A stretch of 64,000 nt of DNA, taken from the NCBI RefSeq assembly GCF_006345805.1, contig NC_043004.1:99448001-99512000 (forward strand), read 5' to 3'. Below, one piece after another: positions 1 through 13,306 of this stretch. Below the pieces are notes generated by a model. It had not been told where the DNA came from. It saw nothing but the letters and a program-made list of their open reading frames with translations, and did not search any database. The translations under genes were made by a program, and so were the position numbers. This stretch comes from Octopus sinensis (lineage: Eukaryota). How positions within the stretch are numbered: position 1 is the stretch's first letter; each line of letters opens with the position of its first letter.

Positions 1-660
1 GAGTAATTCTCCATTTATAATGTTTTCTTATAGTTCTCTTAATAAAGCTGTTAGCTATTTCTTGCCATTTCATTCGCAGCTTCAGTCATGAATGTGCGCG
101 CGATAATATGCATACATACATACACACCTAATACGGGCGTACATATATGTATACGCGTAAATATATACGTATGTATGAATAAATTCAGATATATATCTAT
201 ATATATATACATATACACACACACACATATATATATATATATTTTTTTTTTTATTATATACATACACATAAAGATGTATGTAAATGTATGTATATTTATA
301 CACGCTTGCGTATATACTTATCATACAGATATGTTGCGGTTTCATAATGCAGTTCTTTATTGAGAATCGTACAAGAATGTGGTTAAGCGCGCAAGCACCC
401 ACGCACGTACTTCACACACACGCATATACATATGTATATATATATATTTATGAATGTGCGTATGTCAGCGTGTGTGTCTGTGCAGATATGAATGCATGTA
501 CACAAGCATATGCATATATATTTGTGTATTTACATATATATGTATAAATATATGAATATATTCACGGGTGCGCACGGATACACGCATACATACAATAAGA
601 GGCAAGGAGAAGGGAACAGAGATAGAGAAGGAGGGATATAAAATACATTGTTTCGTGAAT

Positions 661-681
661 GGATTATTATTATTATTATTA

Positions 682-720
<39 letters not shown>

Positions 721-725
721 CATTA
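661..725. repeat. (ATT)n microsatellite
   Basis: Near-perfect ATT run; explains the poly-Y, poly-I and poly-L ORFs here. Confidence 0.95.
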
Positions 726-947
726 TTACACCTTTTATTGTACGCCTTTTGCTTTTTGCTCCTTGAATATTTCTTCTTTTATACAAAGCTTTGTAATTTA
801 TATTTTTGTCTATCTTTTTTCAAAAATATATTTCATTCATTTTCTCCTTTCGAAAATTATTTATTTATTTATTTTCTGAGGAAGTGAATGGTGAAATTCA
901 ATATATGTATGCGTGTCTGTGCGCGCTTTCACGATTGTATATTGTAG

Positions 948-986
<39 letters not shown>

Positions 987-987
987 T

Positions 988-1034
<47 letters not shown>

Positions 1035-1720
1035 GTATATGTATATATATTAATTTAGATCCAAAGAATTTCTTTTTTTCCAATTTTGAATCTTTTGATC
1101 CGGTTAGCAAAATAACTTGTGTAAGGAAATATTCATGTCATATAGCCGTTTGTCTGTGAAGCACCAAATTGAAGATAATTTCACAGAAGGAGCAAATCTA
1201 GTGAGGGTAGTACAGAAATATAAAGACATTGTTTGATAGAGTGAAGGGCAAAGGATTTTGTCAGTGAATGAGAATATAAGTAACGTATATAGATAGGAAG
1301 AGGGTGTTAGCAATCGAGAGAGTAAGAAAAGGAGAAAAATTCACAGCGTAAAAGGATAAGTAATTGAAAGTAGAAGAGAGGGTGCGTTAGAAAAAGAGAT
1401 GAAATACATATAATGGTAGACATTTTTGTAGTGAAGATATACTAAGAAGAATTACCAATATGTTGTTGAGTAATGTATGTATGCTGTTCTGCAGTAAAAG
1501 TATTCTGAATTGGAAAAAATACTGTGTTGTATCAGCAAAATAGAGAAGTGTATTCGAAGTAAACTAGAAAACAGTGGGGTTATTTTGCTGTCTAGTGGAA
1601 TCGTAGAGTAGTATATTCCATATGTATCTGAACATCACGTTGCGGTAGTGCTATGTCGTGCAATGAATATATACGGTGGTGAAGCCGTGGATTACGTCGG
1701 TGTAGTTGAAATAGACAGGA

Positions 1721-1950
<230 letters not shown>

Positions 1951-3026
1951 ATGACGATATTCATTGCTAAACAACCACACGAAATACACATTATGTTACA
2001 CACAACATTATATGAAAACACAAATACTTATAAATATACGTAAAGACAATATAGTCATGCACAGAAATACACATGTTCACATAAATGCATCTATATATCT
2101 ACACATGAGTGTTTGTGTACACACACATTCGTATGCGAGTAAGCATATGCGCACACACTCTTGAATATGTATGTACCTTTACATCCATTAACTATATACC
2201 TATACATATATGCGCGCGCACAAATGTGTGTTGAAGCAATTCTACTGATTAGGTATACATTATATATGACATACACAAATGGAGAGCTTCCAATCAATTA
2301 TATATATATTCTGAATTGTGTCACACAAAGACACAGACTATCCTTCACACCGACACATACACAAACACCCATATATATATATAAGAACATAAGAATACAT
2401 ACACGCACACATATATACGTACATACATATGTATGTCTATAATATAATACATTTATAAAATATATATAGAATATTTCATATATATATACATGCATATATA
2501 TTATATGACATCATCCTTTGACAGAGATAATATACAATATTTGAATTGTCAACGAAATTCCATTACACATTATTCTAAATTCCCTTAAAAAATAACTTTC
2601 ATTAGCAACTGACTAATGAGTAGATAGATAGATCTTCTTTGACACATCCTGACTTCTTGTTTGTCTTTGTTGTTCAATTTGCTTTGTTCAGCATTCCATT
2701 AAGTATGAACGTTGCGAATAAAGATATTATCGTAATAAATGATGTCAAATTCTACCATTCTACAGATTCATACGTGTATGTGTGTGTATGCGCACGCGTA
2801 TATATATATACATATATATGTGTGTGTGTATTCAAATAAGCATATGCATGTCTATATAAGTATATATATATATATATTTTTATGTATATATATATATATA
2901 CATACATATATATATGTATATATATATATATATATACATACATACATACATATATATATATATATTTATGTATATATATATACACATATCCGCGCACGAG
3001 TGTGTGTTCATGTATTATATATACGT

Positions 3027-3326
3027 GAAGGCACATGGCTCAGTGGTTAGAGCGTCGAGCTTACGATCGTGAGGTTGTGAGTTCGAATCTCGGACCAGGC
3101 TGCGTGTTGTGTTCTTGAGCAAGACACTCTATTTCACGTTGTTCAAGTTCACTCAGCTGTAGAAATGAGTTGCGACGTCACAGGTGCCAAGCTGTATCGG
3201 CCCCTTTGCCTTTCCTTCGGACAACACCGGTGGCGTGGAGAGGGGAGGTCGGTATGCATGGGCGACTGCTGTTCTTCCATAAACAACCTTACCCAGACTG
3301 GTGCCTGGGAGGGTAACTTTCTAGAT
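3027..3326 (+). mobile_element. tRNA-derived SINE, family A head with a different 3' body
   Basis: A-box TGGCTCAGTGG and B-box GTTCGAATC, then ttgagcaagacact...cactcagctg shared with the 62164 copy; body diverges after about 3165. Confidence 0.85.
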
Positions 3327-3874
3327 GAGACTACCCCGCGAAGGGGGTCTCATCACACACACTCACACATCTACACACAGATATTTACATACATATACCT
3401 ATATTTACATATATAGTGAGAGGACGAGAGAAAGAGAGAGTGAAATATGGTGACTGACACTTCCACGTACATATGTATTTATCTGTAACACAATAGAGTT
3501 AAACGAAAGGATACAGCTTAGCGGCTGCCATGGACTGAGACGATAAAGTCAAACGAAGCTACATGTGCTTCATGAGAGGGTAAACAACCCAACACCGGTG
3601 GCCTGAATTTGGAATACAAAGACACATCTATAGAAAATAAGATAAATTCTTGATTTATACAAACCTCGTTAGCTTCGGAAGGGGTTTAAAAAATCGCCTA
3701 ATGGTAATTATATATATGTTCATTCGTGTGAGACTATTTTGGGGCTTTTCTTTCTTTGTTGTATATACGTTTAACATATTCATTTCTTTCTAGTACAGCT
3801 CATGCTACAATGCTTTTAGGAATTATCTAAATGTCAGTCAGCGTAGTATGATATAGTGTAAGTACTATAAAAAA

Positions 3875-4187
3875 CTGGTTCTCCGTCGGTTATGAAGGTG
3901 AGGCTTCCGGTTGATCAAGTCAATGGAAGAGCGTGCTATGAAATTAACGTGTAAGTGGCTGAGCATTCCACAGACATGCGTACCCTTAACGTAGTTCTCA
4001 GAGAGATTAAGCATGGCACAGAATTTGACAAGGCCGGCCATTTGCATTACAGCCACAACTAATTTTTGCCAGCTGAGTGGACTGGAGCATCGTGAAATAA
4101 TGTGTCTTGCTCAAAGGTATAACGAACCACCGGGAATCGAACTCACGACCTTACAATCGAAAGCCGATTACCGTAAACAATGAGCCT
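3875..4187 (-). mobile_element. tRNA-derived SINE family A, diverged copy
   Basis: Aligns along its length with the 17079-17397 and 62164-62495 copies (cccttaacgtagttctc, gccagctgagtggactggag). Confidence 0.85.
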
Positions 4188-4584
4188 TAACAGGCTATAA
4201 AGTATCTAGTTCGAAATCTACGACATCCAACCACTACGCGTAGCACCAAATACCGTTTTCCGTGTAACACGTAAGATCCACTAAGTCCAGAATACGTTAA
4301 ATTTCCATCTTTCACATATCCGCTCCATAAGGCCATCCAAATGCAACTCTTCCAGTGATTAGTAACTACATTGTTGTCAGGTCGGCCATCATGGAATTAT
4401 ATGCCTTTTACGATACGATTTGGGTTTATGGTTGTTTTGGCGAAATACCATTACCAATTCCGGGTTCCAGCGTATTAACACATGCGCACTCGCACGCACA
4501 CATACACACACACGCGCGCACACACACACGCACACACACACACGCACACATACGTGACCACGTATATATGTGCATGCTTTTTTT

Positions 4585-4936
4585 ATTGCTTACTTGTCTC
4601 AGTCGTTAGACTACGCCCATACTGGGACACCACCCTCACGAGTTTTAAGTCAAACGAATCCCACCTTGTATTTTTTTTTTTTTTGTAAGCCTAGTACTTA
4701 TTTTATCGGTCTCTTTTGCGAACCGCTAATTTCCAAACATTAAAGCAAACCAACACTGGCTCAGAAGTGGTGGTGGGGACAAACACAAAGACACATCCAC
4801 ACACACCTACTTATACATACATATACGAATGGCTTCTTTCGGTTTCCGTCTACTAAATCCACTCACAAGTCTTTCATCGGACTGAACCCAGAACCATGCA
4901 TTTAGGAAGCAAACATCTTACCACACAACCACGCCT
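4585..4936 (-). mobile_element. SINE family B with internal (TA)/(TG) tract
   Basis: Shares ccgtctactaaatccactcacaag and gcctagtacttat...atcggtctcttttgc with the copies at 13850, 24346, 28254 and 60297. Confidence 0.85.
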
Positions 4937-5544
4937 GTATACATATACATGTCAATTCGTCTGGAATCTCTGTTGTCCTCTACCAAAATTAAGTCAGTTA
5001 CTAACAAATTGATAATGTTCTTTCGTTTATGTTGAGTGAAACCAACACTTGCTATTTGTATCTGTGTAAATTGGTTGATTTGATTATATGTGTGAGAGCA
5101 AGTAGATAAACTTGCATTCGGGTAGTGGCCCTTCGTGTTACATTAGGACACAAATTTATTAAAATGTATTTGATTACGGTTTATGTGTATGTCCGTACAT
5201 ACGTGTCCATTTTATATATTTGTAATCATGATCCCAGCCCATGAATTTGTAATCGAGTATATCTTCAGAATGCCATTTTCGACCGCACTTCGGAAAATGT
5301 GAACCAGCTGATCAACATCGCTCTTCTTTGACGATCTCGGCATTTACAAATGTTTTTTTTTAAGCAAATGATGTGTTACAATAAACCTGTGCACGTAGGT
5401 TTATCGGTACAAAGGAAAATGTACAGTCTCGATGTTGAATTAACTTCGTTTAACGGTGAGCAGTATTTAGTTGTTCGGTTCAACTGCGTTATGTATTATT
5501 AAATCGACATGTATGTGGTTGATTATTCTGCTGATACATGTATT

Positions 5545-5737
5545 TATTTCTTTATTACCCACAAGGGGCTAAACATAGAGGGGATAAACAAGAACAGACA
5601 CGGGATTAAATCGATTATATCGAAACCTATTTAATCGACCCCAAAAATATGAAAAGGAGAGTCAACTTCGGTGGAATTTGAACTCAGAACGTAACGGCAA
5701 ACGAAATACGTACTAATGATTCTGCCAGCTCACCGCC
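5545..5737 (-). mobile_element. SINE family C, internally deleted copy
   Basis: Reverse complement of the 22726 unit (tatttctttattacccacaaggggctaaac ... tttgaactcagaacgta). Confidence 0.85.
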
Positions 5738-7689
5738 AATGCTGATAGTGTATTGTTAACGTAATTCTCAAGTAGAAGCAGCGTGACACAATATGCGACA
5801 AATCTGTTTTCTTTTTTATTCAATTTACAATGCATAAGACAAGCCTTTTTGAATTTTCAGTCTATTCAGTTTCAGTTTCAATTCGACGCCATAGAAACGG
5901 ACAATTGAACAAGATGTAACTTATGGGGATCGACTCCGGAACATTGTAAAGTTATTGTTCGTTGTTGTCTGTCTTTTCTCGATCCATGCCTGGCTCACGA
6001 GAGCCGCTTTCCTGGTTTCATTTATGTATAGATTCCCCAACTGGACGGGACGCCGGTCCATCGCAGGTTAGTAGAGCTCTGGTTTTTTTATATTTCTTGA
6101 CGGTCAGTTTAGTCATGCTTATATAAATATTCATATGTGATTCTAAAGGTTGAGTTTCGGATGAAACCAGGCAGCATAAATGATGACAAGTGTTTTACAA
6201 AACATCTTTCGTAGGAAAGTTTTTAGTCGATATGCATACCAAGCCCAATAAATTTTGAGATATTATATTCATGATATTTGTAGAAAAGGTTAGCTTAAAT
6301 CATGATGTGTAGGCTAAATAGTTTTCTATGTACATAGTCGTTGGGAAGATGTTTATCAGAAAAGTGTAGATTCTGTTTTCGATTTTTATCAAGAAAGGCT
6401 AGATTCCGTTTTCGATTTTACATTTATCTTTACCTTAAAAAGTGAGTGCGAAGCGATATATACGTTTGTTTTACATTCTACAATGCGGACGGTATATCAC
6501 TAACGTAACAACTTTAAATTTAATAAATATTCATGTGTACAGGTTGGTCTGTAAGAAATTTTCGCAACCCTCACTTGCTGTTTACGAAAAAAGAACTTAC
6601 CATATTAAATTTTTACACAAACATATATTTGTGTGTGACTGTGTGTCTGTGTGTGTGTGAGAGAGAGAGAGAAAGAGAGATAGAGAGAAAGAGAAAGAGG
6701 GAGAGAGAGAGTGTGTGTGGTGTGTGTGTGTGTATACATTTATATGATACTAATATGAAAAACAAGAAAATGTAGTCACGTCTTATTGGCGGTCGGAGTA
6801 ATTTGAGGAAATATTTTTCAGCTATATGAAGAAAGTCGCTTCATAAATCGACGCTATATTTTTATCATATAACATTTGAATGCATAAGAACACTTAATGT
6901 GTATCAGAATCACAAACATTAAATCTGTTCATCTTCGTCCGCAGTTTTTCTATCATGTACACACTCTCTCACATTCTTACTCATCTTCCCTCATATTGCA
7001 ATATTTTTTGTGTTATATGGGGACAGAAGTTCATACGTATTACAAGATCTCAAGCCACACGTCACAAAATCCTAAAGACTATCTCTTACATATGGTTGTT
7101 TTTATGCATTTCAAGAGTTAATGTGAAACAGAGCTCAGAACATTAAAAAGATCTTCTTCCGCCCACTACAGCATATGATTTTGTTGAACGTCACTCTATA
7201 GTGTTTGCTTGCACATCAAGATTTGATATGCATCAAGGCCCTTTACATTAAAAGATCTGCTCCACTCCATAAGATTTTGATCAACCTTTGTCACAGTGAG
7301 TTGATATGCGCAAGTCGCTGTGCCTGTATGAGTATGTGTGTATGCGTGCATAGTGCTTACATGTGTGAGTGTGTTTCTGTGTGAGGTTCGTGTGCATGCG
7401 TGTGTGTGTGTGTGTGTGTGTGTGCTTCGCGTGCACAAATAAAACCTTTAACATGAAAAATATCTGAAGTACAAAACACCTGCAAAACTATAACAATGAT
7501 AACAACAATAAAAAGAGAAAATACTCAAATGCACAATTGCACCGGGGGATGATGCAACAACAACAGCAATTAAATGTTATCGATTCCTCTCAAAGAGTTT
7601 ATCTTTGATGGCTTTATTTTCAGTTCAGGTTCCGTAGACGTGATCACCATAAAAAGCACCACGGGAATCCTCATCCTTGTAAGCATAAC

Positions 7690-7900
7690 TACCAAGATCC
7701 CTATTACCACCATTACAACCACCATCACCACTACCACAACCACCACCACCATCATCATCACCACCATCACCGCCACATCCCCATCACCACCACCATCTTC
7801 ATCGTCATCATTGTTATTATCACCATCTTACATCATCATCATCATCATCGTAGTCATCGTCGTCGTCGACATCGTCCTCTTCAACGTCATCAGCCTCATC
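7690..7900. repeat. Degenerate (CAC/CAT/CGT)n triplet repeat
   Basis: Low-complexity triplets; similar tracts at 9160-9290, 22520-22700, 31020-31310 and 35040-35750. Confidence 0.9.
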
Positions 7901-8127
7901 GTCTTTTTTTTTTATCTGTAACAAGTGAACGACGGAACTTCAACCTGGTCGTTGGAACTGCTTGAAAAAGCAACCAAACCATCGGCAAATTTCCTGATTA
8001 GCTTGTTTAAAACGGAGGGGCATGTTAGGTCAATGTGTCCTCGATACACTGCACCCGAAAATGTAGAGTTACTGTTGTCACGGCTGAAAATGCATTCCAT
8101 TCCTCACGGATAGATCTGTCTCTATGA

Positions 8128-8340
8128 CTCTTTTATTTGTTTCAGTCATTTGACTATGGCCATGCTGGAGCACCGCCTTTAGTCAAGCAAATCAACCCCA
8201 AGACTTATTTTTTGTAAGCCTAGTACATATTCTATCGGTCTCTTTGGCCGAACCGCTATGTTACGGGGACGTAAACACACCAGCATCGGTTGTCAAGCTA
8301 TGTTGGGGGACACACATAGACACACAAACATACACACACT
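8128..8340 (-). mobile_element. SINE family B, 3' half
   Basis: ttcagtcatttgactatggccatgctggagcaccgcctttagtc matches the family B 3' end. Confidence 0.85.
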
Positions 8341-8464
8341 ATATATATATATATATATACGTATCACGCCTTCTAGCTTCTATTACTCTGTAAGACTGAA
8401 GGTTAAAATTCCACAGCATCTTGTATTTCGTACTTTCCAGTATTTTACTAGGTTCATTATTATT

Positions 8465-8799
8465 GAGTGAGCGAGCAGAGCATGCCATCAAAGTGACACT
8501 GGGGTAAAATATACGAAGCCCAGTATACCCATCATGACTACCCGTCTGATAAGGGTACACCAGGCACATGCATCACAACCATATGTGCGCGACATGGTGA
8601 TCTCATATCAAGATAAACAGCACATGACCATGCAGGTGGAGCCCAGTTAGGATTTTCTTCAGATCGAGTAACCCATCCCGCTCAAAAGGTCCCTGAATAA
8701 GGGTTGTTTAAGGACGTTGAACGAAACACCCATGTTTCCAGAGGTGAATTATTCAAACCCCAAAGAATCCTTCTCAACACATGGTTATGATACTCCCCC
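8465..8799 (-). mobile_element. Unclassified retroposon 3' segment flanked by (ATT)n tracts
   Basis: GC-balanced island bounded by cattattatt (8455-8464) and a long (ATT)n (8800-8890); on the minus strand it ends in an (AAT)n tail, like a non-LTR 3' end. Confidence 0.5.
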
Positions 8800-8807
8800 T
8801 ATTATTA

Positions 8808-8893
<86 letters not shown>

Positions 8894-8944
8894 CCTTGGG
8901 ACGACTTTGCCTTCCACCATTTTGGGGTCAGGGAGGATTCGGTA

Positions 8945-9150
8945 AAGCTAGCAGAATTGTAACTGCGTCGCACAAAATGCTTAGCCGAATTATTTCCCAC
9001 TTTACGTACTAAGTAGAAATTTCTCCGGAGTCTGTTTTGCCTTTCATCCTTTCAGAGTCGATGAAATAGGAACCAGTTGATCACTGGAGTGGATGTAATC
9101 GACTAAACACCTTCGCTTAAAAGAAATTTAGGCCTTGTGCCTGTAGTATT
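8945..9150 (+). mobile_element. SINE family C, degenerate
   Basis: ttttgcctttcatcctttcagagtcgatgaaata ... gatgtaatcgact core. Confidence 0.7.
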
Positions 9151-10446
9151 ATTATTATCGTTGTTGTGGTAGTGGTGATGGTGGTAGCAATGGAAGTTGT
9201 GACGATATTGGTGATGAAGTTAATGATCTTGATCATCATCATCATCACCGTCGTCATCGTCGTCCATCATCATCATCGTAGTCGTCCATAATCGTTATCT
9301 TCTTTCTCTTTTCTTTCTTTCTGTGAGTATTACCATCACCACCGTGAGTAGCATAATTCCTACAACCTCCATTAATTAATATTACCTTCAGCATGCTAAT
9401 GATGGAAATCTTTAGCAGCTAACTAGATCTGCAAGACAAAGCAACCAAATGTACCTTGTATCACATACTTCCTTCTTAAAAGAAAAAAATAGCGAAGTTC
9501 TTTCGTTCGATAACATAGTCCTTATAACACAGCTCACAAAAGGAAAGAGTTCGCATTTCGAATATTTATGATCATTGGCACATTGATGAGATATCCTGAA
9601 GTTCAATGCGATGTCATTGGTGTCATCGCGGAATGTGAGAAAGCACAAACGCAATCTTAATCTGTCACAAACACCGGTATCACAGCTTTTAGACAGGTCC
9701 TCTATCATCTCAACACTTTTGTGCATAGATTAGACAGGTCCTCTATCATCTCAACACTGTACATAGATTAAAGGATTGTGACAATCAACCATTGCTTTTA
9801 GTATCAACGGCCAGTGAGATTAATCGTTCAGATCTAAATAAGTTGTTTCTATTATAAATAACATTATATCAATTTACTTTCTTAGTGTCCCTTGAGAAGT
9901 CAATCCGTATTTAACTGTATCTGAAACTCTAGTAATATCATATTTAATTACTATCTTCACAGTCTTACATTTCTTCACTACGCATAATATTTTAGGCATT
10001 TATCTTTCGTATAGGAAATTCACTTCATCCACCCATATGGATAATACTTCGAAAAGGGCTGTATAACACTGTCGATATTTCGAGCAGAATTCGTATTTTA
10101 ATTGATTTAAAGTACAGATCTCTCGCATATAAGGGACCTACGACACTTACATTGAAACACGTGTAGGAATTTTTATATGCTGAATAATTTTAATTTCAGA
10201 CGTAAAATTCTCAATTCTTCATTGTCATACTAATATACTCAAGAAATTTACACGAAATTATTGGAAGAGAATTCAAGTTTTACTAATTGATAGTAGTGCT
10301 ACAATTATTCTTTCATCTAAACGATTCTAAATGTCTCCCAAAATTCTAGGTGGTTAACCAAGTAAGTATTTTGACAGAGTGCTCCTAACATCTCTGCATA
10401 AATTTAAAATTCCTATTTCTTGTGTCACATATGTATACGCATGTAA

Positions 10447-10499
<53 letters not shown>

Positions 10500-10500
<1 letters not shown>

Positions 10501-10650
10501 TTTATTTAAAAGCAGCAGAAATTAACAAAAGCTGTTACTCGGAGTAACAGCTTTTGTTAAATTTCTGCTGCTTTTAAATAAAGCATATTACTCTACCTCT
10601 GGTATTTGAGTACTCTTTTTTCCACCTTGTTTCACATTTATGCTTACTTC
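10500..10650. repeat. Near-perfect 41-bp-arm hairpin plus tail, between TA tracts; probable Penelope-like fragment
   Basis: 10501-10540 (tttatttaaaagcagcagaaattaacaaaagctgttactc) is the reverse complement of 10542-10582 with one indel; the centre is ACTC-G-GAGT. Confidence 0.8.
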
Positions 10651-10671
10651 GGTATATATATATATATATAG

Positions 10672-10726
<55 letters not shown>

Positions 10727-10774
10727 TAAGTAGGTAGTTAGTTAGTAGGTATTTGTGTATATATGTATATATAC

Positions 10775-11161
10775 GTCACTAAAGCGACTAAGGGTGCTAA
10801 TCAGTACCAGTATTGCTAGAAATACGAGTCAAAACAACTCATAGCCACGATAAGCAGTATCTTAATGACTGACAAAGAAGGCAAACTCCCTCATCACCCG
10901 ACATTTATGTGAACAGCGTATGATTTCTGCGCTCGTCTTACAAACTGACAAAACGTGTTGAGTTTAACCCTAGGCGCCGATACGAGCCACTGAAGAACAT
11001 TAATGTAAATGCGAAATCACTGATGATCTGGCTACGCTCTACGTTGAGGGAGCTTGCCTTCTTTGTCAGTTATTAAGATAGTACTTATCATGGTTATAGT
11101 TGTTTTGTCTCTTATTTCTAGCAATACTAGTGGTGACCAAGGGCCTAGTCACTTTAGTGAC
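10775..11161. mobile_element. Fold-back element with ~118-bp inverted arms and an internal hammerhead motif
   Basis: Arms 10775-10893 and 11045-11161 are inverted copies (agtattgctagaaata.gag.caaaacaact ... gactgacaaagaaggcaa.ctccctca). Confidence 0.85.
10985..11033 (+). ncRNA. Minimal type I hammerhead ribozyme motif
   Basis: AGCCA-CTGAAGA-(A)CATT-aatgta-AATG(C)-GAAA-TCA-ctga-TGA-TC^-TGGCT: stem I 5 bp, stem II 4 bp plus an A.C mismatch at 10.1/11.1, stem III 3 bp plus A-U, AUC cleavage triplet. Confidence 0.7.
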
Positions 11162-11208
11162 ATGTATACTTTAATCCTTCGGTTGGAAAATTACTAACAA
11201 GCACCCAC

Positions 11209-11301
<93 letters not shown>

Positions 11302-11355
11302 ATTTGTGTGTGTATGTATTAATGCATATATACGAATGTATATATATATATATAC

Positions 11356-11436
<81 letters not shown>

Positions 11437-11651
11437 ACATATATATACATATATATATATAGCAAATGGAGTAGATTAAATCCAGTTTACATGTTTCATA
11501 GCTTTCTAAGATCTCACACCTTGATCCTCGGATCATAACTGTACATTTCTCTCTCCCTCTCTCTCTCTCCTTCTGTATATATATAGATATATGCGTGTGT
11601 GTGGGTGTGCGTACATTTAAATATATATATATATATATATATATATACAAA

Positions 11652-12568
11652 CACAGCGTGCTGCAGCAAAATGATCTGATGTATTTGTAGGTTTAATAAA
11701 AGCAAAATACAGTAAAGGGCAAAATATGTGCTTATATTTTCGAAAAGTACATCTAATGCCATTTTGTTCCTTTTGCTTTTTAAAATGAAATCAGTCAATT
11801 GGTTGCCGTTACTGTCCTTACACTGTTGAAGGCGTTCACGAAGTTATCTATAACTCGACGGGCCATTTCATGTGGAATGACAGCAATTTCTTGAGGAATG
11901 CCATCTTTTAATTGTGCAATAGATAGGGGCCGATGCGAGTCTACCTCTGATTTCAGGTATCCTCACAGAGAAAAAAATTGTACGGGTTCAAATCAGATGA
12001 TCGGTCAGGATAACCGATGTAAACAGGCAATGTGATCAAATGACCGTGGAACATCTCCTTCAAAAATCCCCATCGCATTTCGAGAAATGTGTGATGTTGC
12101 CCCATCCTGTTGATGCAAAACGTTGTTCCTATCGTCAAATTCATTCAGTCTGCGTGTTAGAAAAGTCTCAATCATCACGCAATATCGATCAGAGTTCACA
12201 GTCATTGTAACATTGTCTTCTCCGAAGAAGTACGGACCCCCAAGTACCGAATTCTGCTGCTGCAGAATTTCGAGTAGGTACGGGATCGCGTCTACCCGGC
12301 CTAAAGTGCACACGGTACGCTCTTCGTGTTGCAGTTACAGATTCGTTTTTCTTGATAAGCGTTTCCACAATGAAAGTGCAATGCTCGCTCGTCCAATTCT
12401 TGTTGACAACTGAAGACGAATTGAAACAAAATATCACAAAAGGCACCGACTGAAACAAAATTACATTATATGCACATTTTGAAAATAACAGCACGTTTTC
12501 CGTTCTTCTTTACTCTATTTCACTTTTATTAAACCTACAAATCTGTCAGATAATTTTGCCGCACACAG
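11652..12568 (-). mobile_element. Internally deleted Tc1/mariner-superfamily transposon with ~120-bp TIRs (transposase pseudogene)
   Basis: Minus-strand frames give the N-terminal WTSEHCTFIVETLIKKNESVTATRRAYRVHF and DDE-domain pieces GPYFF..TVNSDRY..MIETF, QQDGATSH, SSDLNPYNFFL. Ends gc.gcaaaat.atctga...atttgtaggtttaataaaag are inverted; TA follows at 12569. Confidence 0.88.
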
Positions 12569-12728
12569 TATATGCATGTACATATACAATCGCAGGTTAA
12601 ATCGAATGCTTATTCACACATAGATACAGCATATCAGCACGTTCACAAGCCTATGCATCTTCACATACTCACTCACGTGCAACACATAAACAAGTACACA
12701 CTCACACAAGTACAGTCTGACATAAGTG

Positions 12729-12793
<65 letters not shown>

Positions 12794-13050
12794 TATGCAT
12801 CTGTGTGTGTGTTTGTGTGTGTGTATACAGAACCACTTCCTCTAAATCAGTCCTAAATCTTGCGTACGAGGAGTGAAGTAAGGTGTTGATATCGTGAGTG
12901 AGTCAATTAAGAAACGAAGGTGTAACTAGAAATAGCAAGATTGCTGTATTGTGTGAAAAAAGTGTAGAGCAGAACAGAAGGCAAGGATGAAGGGATAGGT
13001 TTAGCTATACATACATACACATATATACATACATACATTTATATATATAC

Positions 13051-13100
<50 letters not shown>

Positions 13101-13177
13101 TATATATATATATCTATATATATATATATATATATATCGGATATATATATATATAATATATATATATATATATTTGG

Positions 13178-13210
<33 letters not shown>

Positions 13211-13216
13211 ATATAT

Positions 13217-13306
<90 letters not shown>

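Noticed and set aside
9568-9660. LMRYPEVQ peptide resembling a cytochrome P450 helix I/J segment
   Set aside because: It is only an 8-residue resemblance, the downstream residues do not fit, and there are no supporting exons.
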